Of a DNA stretch of 64,000 bases, positions 1-11,866 are shown in pieces. The notes under the pieces are model-generated. The model saw only the letters and a program-made list of their open reading frames with translations. It did no database searches and was not told the origin of the DNA. The DNA lies in NCBI GenBank assembly GCA_963725865.1, contig CAVSAC010000014.1, forward strand, positions 448,001-512,000, in the 5' to 3' direction. The translations under genes were made by a program, and so were the position numbers. This DNA is from Candidatus Eiseniibacteriota bacterium. Lineage in GTDB: Bacteria; Eisenbacteria; RBG-16-71-46. How positions within the stretch are numbered: position 1 is the stretch's first letter; every line of letters starts with the position of its first letter.

Positions 1-1
1 G

Positions 2-1006
2 TTGCTGTACTGCGGCGAGTGGATCGAGAGCCACGCGCTCCACATCTACCTGCTCCACGCTCCGGACTTCCTCGGGTACGAGAGCGGGATCCACATGGCG
101 AAGGACCACGGCGACGCCGTGACCCGCGGCCTGCGGCTCAAGAAGACCGGCAACGCCCTCGTGACCGTGATCGGCGGCCGCGAGATCCATCCGCTCAACG
201 TGCGGGTGGGCGGCTTCTACCGCGCGCCCTCGAAGCGGGAGCTGCGCGGGCTGCTCGACGAGCTGCGCTGGTCCCGCGAGGCGGCGATCGAGACGGTGCG
301 GCTGGTGGCCGGCTTCACGTTCCCCGATTTCCAGCGGGACTACGCGTTCGTGGCGCTCCGGCATCCGGACGAGTACCCGTTCAACGAGGGACGCGTGGTC
401 TCCAGCCTGGGACTCGACATCGACGTCAGCGACTACGAACGCCACTTCACCGAGGAGCATGTCCAGCGCTCGAACGCGCTCCATTCGACCATGCGCGAGC
501 ACGGTCCGTATCACGTGGGCCCGCTCGCGCGCTACAGCCTCAACTTCGACCGGCTCTCGCCGATCGCCCAGGCGTGCGCGCGGGACGCGGGACTGGGGAC
601 GGAGTGTCGCAATCCGTTCCAGAGCATCGTCGTTCGCGCGGTCGAGACGGTGCAGGTCGTGGACGAGGCGGTGCGCACGATCGAGGCGTACGAGGAGCCC
701 GACTCCCCGTCCGTGCAGGTGGAGCCGAAGGAGGGCGTGGGATGGGGCGCGAGCGAGGCGCCGCGGGGGATGCTCTACCACCGCTACCGTCTCGACGCGG
801 CCGGGCTGGTGCGGGAGGCCAAGATCGTGCCGCCGACCTCGCAGAACCTGCGCACCATCGAAGCGGACCTCATGCGCTACGTCGCCAGTCATCTGGAACT
901 CGACGACGCGGCGCTCACCTGGGGATGCGAGCAGACGGTGCGCAACTACGACCCCTGCATCTCGTGCGCGACCCATTTCCTGCGCGTGCACATCGTGCGG
1001 GAGTGA
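2..1006 (+). CDS. [NiFe] hydrogenase large subunit, group 3b/sulfhydrogenase-like (5' truncated by window edge)
   Basis: EAPRGxLYH, IVPPTxQN and terminal L2 motif [10 protein letters not shown] followed by a short cleavable tail (FLRVHIVRE); GGREIHP motif. Confidence 0.9.
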   Translation: MLYCGEWIESHALHIYLLHAPDFLGYESGIHMAKDHGDAVTRGLRLKKTGNALVTVIGGREIHPLNVRVGGFYRAPSKRELRGLLDELRWSREAAIETVRLVAGFTFPDFQRDYAFVALRHPDEYPFNEGRVVSSLGLDIDVSDYERHFTEEHVQRSNALHSTMREHGPYHVGPLARYSLNFDRLSPIAQACARDAGLGTECRNPFQSIVVRAVETVQVVDEAVRTIEAYEEPDSPSVQVEPKEGVGWGASEAPRGMLYHRYRLDAAGLVREAKIVPPTSQNLRTIEADLMRYVASHLELDDAALTWGCEQTVRNYDPCISCATHFLRVHIVRE

Positions 1007-1019
1007 CACGGAGGCCCCG

Positions 1020-1478
1020 ATGCTGCGGGTGATCGGCGTCGGCAACGAGTTGCGCGGCGACGACGCGGCCGGGCCCCGGGTGATCGCGCACCTGCGGGCC
1101 CGCGCCGTGCCGGGACTCGCGGCCGTGCAGTGTCCGGCCGAGCCCGCGGCGCTGATGGAGGCGTGGCGGGAGGCCGACCACGTCGTCGTGGTGGACGCGA
1201 TGCAGAGCGGGCGGCCGCCGGGCGCGGTCACGCGGTTCGACGCCACGCACACGCCGCTGCCGGTGTCCGGCTTCCGCTCCTCGACCCACGGCCTCGGCAT
1301 CGCGGACGCGGTCGAGCTGGGACGCGCGCTCGGCCGCCTGCCCGCGCTGCTGGAGGTGATCGGCATCGAGGGCGCGGGCTGGGAACAGGGCGCGCCGCTG
1401 GACCCCGCCGTGGCGCGGGCGGTGAAGCAGGTGGTGGAGGCGCTCGTCCGCGACGCGGCCGGCGGCGGCGCGGGCTGA
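1020..1478 (+). CDS. Hydrogenase maturation protease
   Basis: VIGVGNELRGDDAAG, VVVDA, SSTHGLG motifs; GGAGG RBS; directly after large subunit. Confidence 0.92.
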   Translation: MLRVIGVGNELRGDDAAGPRVIAHLRARAVPGLAAVQCPAEPAALMEAWREADHVVVVDAMQSGRPPGAVTRFDATHTPLPVSGFRSSTHGLGIADAVELGRALGRLPALLEVIGIEGAGWEQGAPLDPAVARAVKQVVEALVRDAAGGGAG

Positions 1479-1503
1479 GTCCGCCCGGACGCCGGACGCG
1501 CCA

Positions 1504-1533
1504 GAGGCCCGCGACCGCGTGGTCGCGGGCCTC
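1504..1533. terminator. Hairpin between convergent genes
   Basis: Perfect 13-bp inverted repeat gaggcccgcgacc / ggtcgcgggcctc with 4-nt loop; no clear U-tract. Confidence 0.55.
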
Positions 1534-1557
1534 GCGCGTGGTGCGGGAGGCGGCCGC

Positions 1558-3018
1558 CTACACGTTCGCGCTCTCGTACTTGCGGATCCACAGCGAGTAG
1601 AGCCAGATCCCGACCGCCGAGGCGAACCCGATCGCCACGAACGGGTACCACACTCGGTACGGATGGTAAGTGGTCCAGAGCAGTTGCGTGGCCGCGTTGG
1701 GGTCGAGGTTCAGCACGCGCTCGAGCGACTCGACCGCGTTGGTGCGGTCCACGCCCGCCGGCACGCCGCCCGCCTTCTGCTCCAGGTAGCGCAGCGCCAG
1801 CCCCGCCTTCTCGCCGAGGCGCTCGTAGAAGTAGGCGCCCATCGCCGATGCCGCGACCCATCCGATCGCGAACGGCATGTTGGCGTAGCCCATGTAGAGC
1901 GCCTTCTTGCCCTCGGGAGCGATGACGCCGAGGTACTCGTTCATCTTGGGGCTCGACAGCATCTCGCCGAGCGCGAAGATCGCGATCCCGAGCAGGCACA
2001 TCCAGCCCGACTGGCTGAAGCCCGCCACGAACAGCCCCGCGGATGCGATGAGGATGCCGATGAAGATCGACTGCACCCGCTTCATGCGCGACGCGAGCGA
2101 CGACACCCACACCACCAGCAGCACGATCAGCCCGGCGTCGAGGTTGATCATCCACTCCTGCGACACCATCGGCCCGCGCGGCGTGGGACTGGTGAACACC
2201 GAGGAGAGGTGGAGCGCCTGCACCACCGAGCGCGAGTCCACCCAGTCGACGATGAAGTTCGGCAGCAGGTCGTAGAGCTGCATGAACATCAGCCAGAAGC
2301 ACGACATGATGAGGATGAAGCTCAGCAGCTGGGGGCGGAACAGGTTCACCGCCGTGGTCTTGAGCACCTGCATGACGCCGCCGGTCTGCGTGCCGCCCGC
2401 CGAGACCCCCGGGTACGTGAACAGCATCAGGTAGTTCAGCGACAGGATGGCCGCCGAGCCGGTGAAGACCATCGGCCACGACAAGCCGCGCAGGAAGTGC
2501 GCGAGCGGCGGCCCCAGGAATCCGCCCACGTTCACGACCATGTAGAACATGCCCCACCCGACCGAGGAGTTCTTCTCGGTCAGGCTGCGCACCATGGTGC
2601 CCTGCAAGCCGGGCTTGAAGATCGCGGTGCCGAGTCCGACGGTGCAGCAGCCCAGCATGAACGGCAGGTACGCGCGCTGCGTCGCCATCAGCACGTAACC
2701 GAGGATGGTGATGGTGGTGGCGATGGCGATGGTCTTCTTGTAGCCGAAGCGGTCGGCGAAGCCGCCCGAGACGATCGGCACGCCGGCCTGCACCGCCGCC
2801 CACCAGGCGTAGATCACGCCCTTCTGCGCCATGGTGAAGTGCAGCCCGCCTGGCTCGTCGGCCTGCGCGATGTAGATCGGGACGACCACGCGCACGCCGT
2901 AGTAGGCGAGGCGCTCGAACATCTCCATGATGTTCGCCATCCAGAACGGACGCTTCAGCAGCGCGAGCTGGGCGAGTGCGCCGTGCGGCGTTGCGGCGGT
3001 ATCGGACGCGTTCGACAA
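1558..3018 (-). CDS. MFS transporter, POT/peptide-transporter-like
   Basis: EMFERLAYYG (ExxERxxYY), GGFADRFGYKK, IFKPG, FYMVVNVGG; about 12 TM segments. Confidence 0.85.
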   Translation of the reverse strand: MSNASDTAATPHGALAQLALLKRPFWMANIMEMFERLAYYGVRVVVPIYIAQADEPGGLHFTMAQKGVIYAWWAAVQAGVPIVSGGFADRFGYKKTIAIATTITILGYVLMATQRAYLPFMLGCCTVGLGTAIFKPGLQGTMVRSLTEKNSSVGWGMFYMVVNVGGFLGPPLAHFLRGLSWPMVFTGSAAILSLNYLMLFTYPGVSAGGTQTGGVMQVLKTTAVNLFRPQLLSFILIMSCFWLMFMQLYDLLPNFIVDWVDSRSVVQALHLSSVFTSPTPRGPMVSQEWMINLDAGLIVLLVVWVSSLASRMKRVQSIFIGILIASAGLFVAGFSQSGWMCLLGIAIFALGEMLSSPKMNEYLGVIAPEGKKALYMGYANMPFAIGWVAASAMGAYFYERLGEKAGLALRYLEQKAGGVPAGVDRTNAVESLERVLNLDPNAATQLLWTTYHPYRVWYPFVAIGFASAVGIWLYSLWIRKYESANV

Positions 3019-3242
3019 GGTGGCTCCTCCGGGTCGGGACCGCGCCGGGGCGCGGCGGCCGTGGGCGTGGCCGGGAGTGGCGCGACCACGCGAAGCGCGC
3101 CGCGGTCACGGCGCGCGCGGAGCATGCCCCGGCGGCGCCGGCGCGTCCATCCGGATCCCGACCGGCGCGGGAGTCCGCCGGACGCACGGCGGGCGGCCCG
3201 TGGGGCCGCCCGTTTCGGATCCCTTCGCGTGCGACGCCGGCG

Positions 3243-3962
3243 TCACTGCGCCTGGATCGTCACCTTGTTGATGAGCAACGGTTCGGTCGGATGCCCGCTC
3301 GGAGTGCCCTGGGCCTCGAGCGCGGCCAGCACGTCCATGCCCCCCGACACCTCGCCGAAGATCGTGTGCTTGCCGTCGAGCCACGGCGTCGGCACGAACG
3401 TGAGGAAGAACTGGCTCCCGTCGGTCCCTTCGCCCGCATTGGCCATCGAGAGCAGCCCCGGCCGGTCGTGCTTCACGCCGGCCTTGAACTCCCCGCCGAA
3501 CTGGTAGCCCGGGCCACCCGTGCCGGTGCCCAGCGGACAGCCGCCCTGCGCCATGAACTTGCTGATCACGCGATGGAAGGCGAGCCCGTCGTAGAAGCCG
3601 AGCTTGGCGAGATAGATGAACGACGTGACGTGCATCGGCGCCACGTCGGGCATCAGCTTGATGAGCAGGTCGCCCTTGCTGGTGCTCATCACGGCGTAGT
3701 AGCTGTGCGCGGGCTCGAACGTCGCCACCGTGGGCTTGGACAGGTGGGTGCGCCAGTCCGGCTTCGACTTGTCCACCTTGGCGGCGGTGATCATGTCCTG
3801 GATCTGCTGCATCGCGAGTTCCTTGGGCTTGACGAGTGGGGTGGCGGGCGTCCCCTGCAGCACGCTGGGCGCCGGGGACGCCGGGGTCGGCGTCCGTGTC
3901 GGCGTCGGAGCACCCGGGGCGACGACTGCCAGCACGAGCAGAAGGGAGAGCCAGGGGGTCAT
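3243..3962 (-). CDS. Cyclophilin-type peptidyl-prolyl isomerase, exported
   Basis: FYDGLAFHRVI, AQGG, LSMANAG, GSQFF, WLDGKHTIFG; signal peptide and Pro/Thr linker; GAGGA RBS. Confidence 0.93.
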   Translation of the reverse strand: MTPWLSLLLVLAVVAPGAPTPTRTPTPASPAPSVLQGTPATPLVKPKELAMQQIQDMITAAKVDKSKPDWRTHLSKPTVATFEPAHSYYAVMSTSKGDLLIKLMPDVAPMHVTSFIYLAKLGFYDGLAFHRVISKFMAQGGCPLGTGTGGPGYQFGGEFKAGVKHDRPGLLSMANAGEGTDGSQFFLTFVPTPWLDGKHTIFGEVSGGMDVLAALEAQGTPSGHPTEPLLINKVTIQAQ

Positions 3963-4112
3963 GTCGCGTTCCTCGGTCGGCCGATGGTGAGGCGCGGGGA
4001 GCGGAGCAGCGCGCGGTGGCCGATGTACAGGCACGCGCGTGGCGGAGTACGGTACACGAGTGGCGGCATGCGGCCAACCCCCCTGGCCCCGCCGCATGAG
4101 CCAGGAGCCCGG

Positions 4113-5336
4113 ATGCTCGAAGCACACACCCAGGACGTGGTGGTGGTGGGCGGTGGGATCGTCGGCCTGGCCACCGCGCGCGCGCTCCTGCACGGCACCG
4201 GCGCCACCGTCGCGCTGCTCGAGGCCGAGAACACGCTGGCCGCCCACCAGACCGGCCACAACAGCGGGGTGCTGCACTCCGGGCTCTACTACCGGCCGGG
4301 ATCCCTCAAGGCGCGCCTGTGCGGCGCCGGCCGCGAGGCGCTGCTGCGCTTCTGCGCCGAGCACGGGGTGGCGCACGAGCGCTGCGGCAAGGTGGTGGTG
4401 GCGACGCGCCCCGAGGAGCTGCCGCGGCTCGAGGAACTGGAGCGCCGCGGCCGCGCCAACGGCCTCGCGGGCGTGGCGCGGATCGGGCCGGAGGAGCTGC
4501 GCGAGCGCGAGCCGCACGCCGCGGGCCTCGCGGCGCTGCGAGTGCCCGAGACCGGCATCGTGGACTTCCGCGGCGCCTGCGAGGCGCTCGCCGCCGAGCT
4601 GCGCCGCGCCGGCGGCGCGGTGCACACCGGGGCGCGCGTCGAGCGCGTCACGCCGACCCCCGAGGGATTCACGATCGTGACCGGGCGCGGCGGACTCACC
4701 GCGCGCCATCTGGTGACCTGCGCGGGGCTCCAGGCGGACCGTCTGGCGCGCGCGTGCGGCGTCGATCCGGGGGTCGCGATCGTGCCGTTCCGAGGCGAGT
4801 ACCACGTGCTGAAGCCGGAGCGCGCCGCGCTGGTGCGCCACCTCATCTACCCGGTGCCCGATCCCCGCTTCCCGTTCCTCGGCGTGCACTTCACGCGCAT
4901 GGTGCACGGGGGCGTCGAGGCCGGTCCGAACGCGGTGCTCGCGTTCGCGCGTCACGGCTACCGGCGCCGCGACGTGTCCCCGCGCGACCTCGCCGAGATG
5001 CTCCGGTGGAGCGGCTTCTGGCGCCTCGCGAGCCGCCATCTCGCGATGGGATTCGAGGAGTCGTGGCGCTCGCACGTGAAGCGCGCGTTCGTGGCGGCGC
5101 TGCGGCGCCTGGTGCCCGACCTGCGCGAGTCCGACGTGATGCCGGGGGGCGCCGGCGTGCGCGCGATGGCGGTCGGGCCCGACGGCGCGATGCTCGACGA
5201 CTTCCACGTCGTCGAGGCCCCGCGCGCCATTCACGTGCTCAACGCCCCGTCGCCCGCCGCCACCGCCGCGCTCGCCATCGGCGAGCATCTCGCGGGGCGG
5301 GCGATCGAGCGTTTCGCGCTGCGCGCGCGCGGCTGA
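4113..5336 (+). CDS. lhgO: L-2-hydroxyglutarate oxidase
   Basis: VGGGIVG, HQTGHNSGVLHSGLYY, PFRGEY, IYPVPDPRFPFLGVHFT, GVRA, NAPSPAATA. Confidence 0.9.
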   Translation: MLEAHTQDVVVVGGGIVGLATARALLHGTGATVALLEAENTLAAHQTGHNSGVLHSGLYYRPGSLKARLCGAGREALLRFCAEHGVAHERCGKVVVATRPEELPRLEELERRGRANGLAGVARIGPEELREREPHAAGLAALRVPETGIVDFRGACEALAAELRRAGGAVHTGARVERVTPTPEGFTIVTGRGGLTARHLVTCAGLQADRLARACGVDPGVAIVPFRGEYHVLKPERAALVRHLIYPVPDPRFPFLGVHFTRMVHGGVEAGPNAVLAFARHGYRRRDVSPRDLAEMLRWSGFWRLASRHLAMGFEESWRSHVKRAFVAALRRLVPDLRESDVMPGGAGVRAMAVGPDGAMLDDFHVVEAPRAIHVLNAPSPAATAALAIGEHLAGRAIERFALRARG

Positions 5337-5571
5337 GCGGCGCGCGGCCGCCTCCACAAGGACTCGTCAAGTCTCGTGACAAGGCGGCGTCAAAAGGGCA
5401 GCCTATGGCCTGGATTCCGTAGTGTGATGCTTCGATCGGGTCGAGGCTGGTGGCGGAAGCCGAAGCACCCGATCGCTCACGACACTTCTCTCCACCGCTC
5501 CAGGCCGCTCGTGCCGCCGGTCCCTCGACGATGCGCCGAGATCGACCCGGAGCGTCGATGAGGATTCCGTC

Positions 5572-6867
<1,296 letters not shown>

Positions 6868-6931
6868 GCCTCGGGCGCGCCGGAGCGGGTGCCACCCCTG
6901 GTCGGCACCCGCCCGGCGCAGCTCCGCTCCC

Positions 6932-8698
6932 ATGCATCCCGACGCGCGATCCCGCCCGGCGCTGCCCCGCTTCGACCGCCGTTTCTTCGAGGGCGTCGAG
7001 ACCTTCACCGTCCTCGGCTCCGGCGCGATCGGCGGCAAGGCGGCGGGGCTGCGCCGCGCGCGCGAGGTGCTCGACGCGCGGCCCGAGCACCTGAGATTCC
7101 CGCACCTGGAGATCTCGGTGCCGACGCTCACGGTGATCGGCACCGACGCGTTCGACGCGTTCCTCGAGCGCAACCGGCTGCGCGAGGTGGTGGCCGCGGA
7201 GCCCGCCGACCATCACGTCGCGCGAGCATTCCAGCAGGCGGACATGCCGTCGGAGATCGTCGGGGATCTCTGGGATCTGGTGCGTCGCGTGCAGACTCCG
7301 CTCGCGGTGCGTTCGTCGAGCCTCCTCGAGGACGCGATCGCCCACCCGTTCGCGGGCGTGTACGCGACCAAGATGACGCCCAATGAAGCGCTCGATCCGC
7401 AGGTGAGGTTCCGCCGGCTGGTGGAGGCGATCCGGCTGGTCTGGGCGTCGACCTGCTTCCGCGGGGCGCGGGCGGCCGCGCGCGCCGCGGGACAGGATCC
7501 GGAGGCCGAGAAGATGGCGGTGATCGTGCAGGAGGTGGTCGGCCGCCGGCACGGGCCGCGTTTCTATCCCGACGTCGCCGGGGTGGCGCGCTCGTACAAC
7601 TTCTACCCGATGGGAGCCGCGCGTCCGGACGAGGGCGTGGTGAGCCTCGCGCTGGGGCTCGGGCGCACGATCGTCGAGGGGGGCACGGCCTGGAACTACT
7701 CGCCCGCCCACCCGCATGTGGGACCTCCGTTCAACTCTCCGCACCACATGCTCCAGGAGACCCAGACGACCTTCTGGGCGGTCCACATGGGTCCGCCGCC
7801 CGAGCACGATCCCACGACCGAGGCGGAGTTCCTCGTGCACGCCGGTCTCGCCGACGCCGAGCTCGACGGCACGCTTGCACCGCTCGTCTCGACCTGGGAC
7901 GTGGATCGCGACCGCTTCGTGATGGGCGCCGCCGATCGCGGCCCGCGGGTGCTCGACTTCGCGCCGCTGCTGCGACTCGGGGAGCTGCCGTTCAACGACG
8001 CGGTGCGGGGTCTGCTCGAGCGGTTCGCGGAGGAGCTCGGGAGCGCGGTCGAGATCGAGTTCGCGCTCACGTTCCCCGACGCCTCCGGCCGACCGGCCCG
8101 CCTGGGGTTCCTGCAGGTCCGCCCGCTGGCCGTGGCGGCCGAGCTGGTCGACCTGGGCGCGGAGGCGCTCGCCGATCCCCTGGCGGTCGCGGCCTCGGAC
8201 CGGGTGCTCGGCAACGGCACCCAGGGCGGCTTTCGCGACATCGTGTTCGTCCGCCGCGACCGCTTCGAGGCCCGTCACACGCCGGCGATCGCCGGGGAGG
8301 TCGAGGCGCTCGACCGCGAGCTGGTCGCCGCCGGACGGTCCTACGTGCTGATCGGCTTCGGGCGCTGGGGCAGCTCGGATCCGTGGCTGGGTGTCCCGGT
8401 CACGTGGAGCCAGATCGCCGGCGCGCGTGTCATCATCGAGGCCGCCTGCGAAGGGCTGAACTCCGAGATGAGCCAGGGGGCGCATTTCTTCCATAATCTG
8501 CTCGGGTTCCGGGTCGCCTACTTCTCGGTGCCGGCGCACGGCGAGGCGCACCTGGATTGGGAATGGCTCGAGGCCCTGCCGCGCCGACACGAAGGAGCGT
8601 GGGTCGTCCACGCCGAGTCGCCGGTGACCCTGACGGTGCGGGTCGATGGGCGTCAGGGGCGCGGCGTGCTGCTGCGGGACGAAGGAGGACCGGCATGA
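6932..8698 (+). CDS. PEP-synthase/PPDK-like ATP-grasp domain protein
   Basis: GGKAAGL, LAVRSSSLLED, FAGVY, MAVIVQEVVG, EIEFA, LQVRP; C-terminal GRWGS...SQGAHFF domain; no pyruvate-binding barrel. Confidence 0.8.
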   Translation: MHPDARSRPALPRFDRRFFEGVETFTVLGSGAIGGKAAGLRRAREVLDARPEHLRFPHLEISVPTLTVIGTDAFDAFLERNRLREVVAAEPADHHVARAFQQADMPSEIVGDLWDLVRRVQTPLAVRSSSLLEDAIAHPFAGVYATKMTPNEALDPQVRFRRLVEAIRLVWASTCFRGARAAARAAGQDPEAEKMAVIVQEVVGRRHGPRFYPDVAGVARSYNFYPMGAARPDEGVVSLALGLGRTIVEGGTAWNYSPAHPHVGPPFNSPHHMLQETQTTFWAVHMGPPPEHDPTTEAEFLVHAGLADAELDGTLAPLVSTWDVDRDRFVMGAADRGPRVLDFAPLLRLGELPFNDAVRGLLERFAEELGSAVEIEFALTFPDASGRPARLGFLQVRPLAVAAELVDLGAEALADPLAVAASDRVLGNGTQGGFRDIVFVRRDRFEARHTPAIAGEVEALDRELVAAGRSYVLIGFGRWGSSDPWLGVPVTWSQIAGARVIIEAACEGLNSEMSQGAHFFHNLLGFRVAYFSVPAHGEAHLDWEWLEALPRRHEGAWVVHAESPVTLTVRVDGRQGRGVLLRDEGGPA

Positions 8699-11600
8699 CG
8701 GACCCGGTGCGCCCGGTCGACCAGGTGCTGAGAGCGTTGCAGGAGCGGGCGAAGGAGCTGAACTGCCTCTACCGCGTCGAAGAGATCCTGCACGACGACA
8801 CGCGCTCGCTCGAGGACGCCCTCGCGGCGGTCGCCGCGGCGCTCCCGGCGGGCTGGCAATACCCCGCGCATTGCCTGCCGCGCATCGTGCTCCACGAGAT
8901 CGACGTGCGCCCGCCCGGATTCGTCGAGACTCCCTGGCTCCTGCGCGCTCCCGTCGAGCTGCAGGGCGAGCCGATCGGCTGGGCCGGCGTGTACTACGAC
9001 CGTCACTTCCCCGACGCCGACGAGGGGCCGTTCCTCAAGGAGGAGCGCCGTCTCATCGACACCATCGCAGCGCGCATCGGGCAGGCCGTTCAGCATCGCG
9101 AGCTGGCCGAGGTCTTCGCCGCCCACCGCGAGGGCGAGCCCGAGGCGCACGAGGACTGGCGCATCGTCGTGGACCTGCTCCATCGCACGGACCAGCGCCT
9201 CTACTACCGCATCGCGCGCAAGATGCTCAATCGGCTCTCGCGCAGCGGCGTCGAGGCCGCACGCGAGCTGCTGGCGCAGCTGACGGGAGCGGCGGAGCGC
9301 GAGATCGCGCTGACGGACGACAATCGCCCGGTGCCCCGCATGGCCCCCGCGGACCTGGACCGGATCGCGATCACGACGTTTCGCATCGCGAGCGAGCACC
9401 TGAGCCGTGGCGAGCTGCTGTCCTCCCTCCAGGTCTGGATCAAGGAGGATCGCGTCCGCTTCCTGCTGCTCGCGCTGGAGAGCGCCGACACCTCGCTCTC
9501 CGAGATCGCCAACGCGCTCGAGCGGTTCGAGCACACCGGGCTCGACGCGCACGAGCTCTCGACCGCGATGCACATGGGCATCAAGGCGTCCCTCGTCCGC
9601 CGGCTGCTGAGCGACCACCTCGACTTCATCAACTCCTGCCGGCGCTGGGTCGAGATCGAGGACTTTTACGACCTGGTCGCCCACACCATCCAGCTGCCCA
9701 AGAGCCACGGGCGGCTCGGCGGCAAGACCAGCGGGTTGTTCCTGGCGTCTCGGATCCTCGCGCGCTCGGCGGAAGGCGATGGTCCGCTCCATGGCATCCG
9801 GGTGCCGAAGACCTGGTACCTGCCTTCGGACGGCATCCTGGGGTTCATCGCGCACAACAACCTGGACGACGTCTACAACTGGAAGTACCAGGACCTCGAC
9901 CAGGTGCGGCAGGAGTACCCGAACCTGGTCCAGCTGTTCAAGAACTCGCGCTTCCCGGCGGAGTTCGTGCAGGGGCTGGCGACCGCGCTGGACGACTTCG
10001 GCGAGCGCCCGCTGATCGTGCGCTCGTCGAGCCTGCTGGAGGATCGTGCGGGCTCGGCGTTCTCGGGCAAGTACAAGAGCCTGTTCCTCGCGAACCAGGG
10101 GACCAAGTCCGAGCGGCTCGCCGCGCTGCTCGATGCGATCGCCGAGGTGTACTCGTCGGTGTTCGGCCCCGACCCCATCCAGTACCGCGCCGAACGCGGG
10201 CTGCTCGACCACCACGAGGAGATGGGGATCATGATCCAGGAGGTGGTCGGCAAGCGCATGGGGCGCTGGTTCCTGCCGGCCTGGGCCGGCGTGGCGTTCT
10301 CGAACAACGAGCTGCGCTGGTCGCCGCGCATCCGGCGCAAGGACGGACTGCTGCGGCTGGTCCCGGGACTCGGCACGCGCGCGGTGGACCGCCTCGCCGA
10401 CGACTACCCGGTGATCGCGGCGCCCGGTCAACCCGGCCTGCGCGTCAACGTCAGCCCGGAGGACGTCGCACGCTACTCGCCGCGTCGCATCGACGTGATC
10501 GATCTCGAGCTCAATGCCTTCCAGACGGTGGATCGCCACGCGCTCCTGCAGGAGATCGGATCGGAATATCCCGATCTGCTCCGACTCGTGTCGGTAGTCG
10601 ACCACGACATGATCCGCAGCCCCGCGGGGCTCGACCTCGACTTCCGGAGCGACCAGCTCGTGTTCACGTTCGACGGCCTGCTCGGTGACGCCGCATTCAT
10701 CGAGCGCATGCGGGCGCTGCTCGGGGTGCTGGAGGAGGCGCTCGGCAGTCCGGTCGATCTGGAGTTCGCCAGCGACGGGAGCAACCTGTACCTGCTCCAA
10801 TGTCGTCCGCAGAGCCACTCCCCCGATTCCGCCCCGGCACCGATCCCCCGCGACATCCCGCGCGAGCGACTGCTGTTCTCGGCCAACCGCTCAATCTCGA
10901 ACGGCGCGGTCCCCGAGATCACGCATGTCGTGTACGTGGACCCCGAGGCGTACGGGGCGATCGGCGACCTCAACAGCATTCGCGCGGTGGGACACGCCGT
11001 CGGGAGGCTCAACAAGATTCTCCCCAAGCGGCAATTCGTGCTGATGGGTCCCGGGCGCTGGGGCAGCCGCGGCGACATCCGGCTCGGGGTCAGCGTCACG
11101 TACTCCGATATCAACAACACCGCCGCGCTGATCGAGATCGCCCGGCGCCGCGGGCAATACGTGCCGGACCTCTCGTTCGGGACGCACTTCTTCCAGGACC
11201 TGGTCGAGTCCGGCATCCGCTATCTGCCGCTCTACCCCGACGACGAAGGCGTGGTCTTCCACGAGGCGTTCTTCCGCGGCTCCGACAACATGCTCCCGCG
11301 ACTGCTCCCGGAATTCGCGGAGCTGGCGGACGTCGTGCGGGTGATCGACGTGCCGGCGGCGTCCGACGGCCTGGTGCTCCGGATCCTGCTCAACGCCGAC
11401 CTCGACGAGGCCGTGGGGGTGCTGAGCGAGCCGGGTCCGACCGACACGACGGCCCGCCCGCTGCCTCCGCCGGCGGCGCGGCCGAGCGATGACCATTCCC
11501 GCTGGCGCCTCGCCATGGCCCAGCGGATCGCCGCCGAGCTCGACCCGGCGCGCTTCGGCGTGCGCGCGCTCTACGTGTTCGGGAGCACCAAGAACTTCAC

Positions 11601-11865
11601 CGCGGGCCCCGGGAGCGACCTCGACCTGCTGGTGCACTTCGTGGGCTCGCCGGAGCAGAGTGACGAGCTCCAGCTCTGGCTCGAAGGCTGGAGCCTGTGC
11701 CTGGCCGAAATGAACTTCCTGCGCACCGGCTATCGCTCCGCGGGCCTGCTCGACGTGCACTTCGTCACCGACCTGGACCTCGAGCGCCAGACCAGCTATG
11801 CGGTCAAGATCGGCGCGGTCACCGACGCCGCGCGGTCGCTGCCGCTGGGCGGGCGCGGGCTCTGA
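8695..11865 (+). CDS. PEP-synthase-like ATP-grasp protein with N-terminal sensory-like domain and C-terminal nucleotidyltransferase domain
   Basis: GGKTSGL, IVRSSSLLED, FSGKY, DLEFA, LQCRP, GRWGS, SFGTHFF; C-terminal LYVFGS...SDLDLLV; ATGA overlap with upstream gene and AGGAGG RBS. Confidence 0.8.
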   Translation: MTDPVRPVDQVLRALQERAKELNCLYRVEEILHDDTRSLEDALAAVAAALPAGWQYPAHCLPRIVLHEIDVRPPGFVETPWLLRAPVELQGEPIGWAGVYYDRHFPDADEGPFLKEERRLIDTIAARIGQAVQHRELAEVFAAHREGEPEAHEDWRIVVDLLHRTDQRLYYRIARKMLNRLSRSGVEAARELLAQLTGAAEREIALTDDNRPVPRMAPADLDRIAITTFRIASEHLSRGELLSSLQVWIKEDRVRFLLLALESADTSLSEIANALERFEHTGLDAHELSTAMHMGIKASLVRRLLSDHLDFINSCRRWVEIEDFYDLVAHTIQLPKSHGRLGGKTSGLFLASRILARSAEGDGPLHGIRVPKTWYLPSDGILGFIAHNNLDDVYNWKYQDLDQVRQEYPNLVQLFKNSRFPAEFVQGLATALDDFGERPLIVRSSSLLEDRAGSAFSGKYKSLFLANQGTKSERLAALLDAIAEVYSSVFGPDPIQYRAERGLLDHHEEMGIMIQEVVGKRMGRWFLPAWAGVAFSNNELRWSPRIRRKDGLLRLVPGLGTRAVDRLADDYPVIAAPGQPGLRVNVSPEDVARYSPRRIDVIDLELNAFQTVDRHALLQEIGSEYPDLLRLVSVVDHDMIRSPAGLDLDFRSDQLVFTFDGLLGDAAFIERMRALLGVLEEALGSPVDLEFASDGSNLYLLQCRPQSHSPDSAPAPIPRDIPRERLLFSANRSISNGAVPEITHVVYVDPEAYGAIGDLNSIRAVGHAVGRLNKILPKRQFVLMGPGRWGSRGDIRLGVSVTYSDINNTAALIEIARRRGQYVPDLSFGTHFFQDLVESGIRYLPLYPDDEGVVFHEAFFRGSDNMLPRLLPEFAELADVVRVIDVPAASDGLVLRILLNADLDEAVGVLSEPGPTDTTARPLPPPAARPSDDHSRWRLAMAQRIAAELDPARFGVRALYVFGSTKNFTAGPGSDLDLLVHFVGSPEQSDELQLWLEGWSLCLAEMNFLRTGYRSAGLLDVHFVTDLDLERQTSYAVKIGAVTDAARSLPLGGRGL

Positions 11866-11866
11866 C

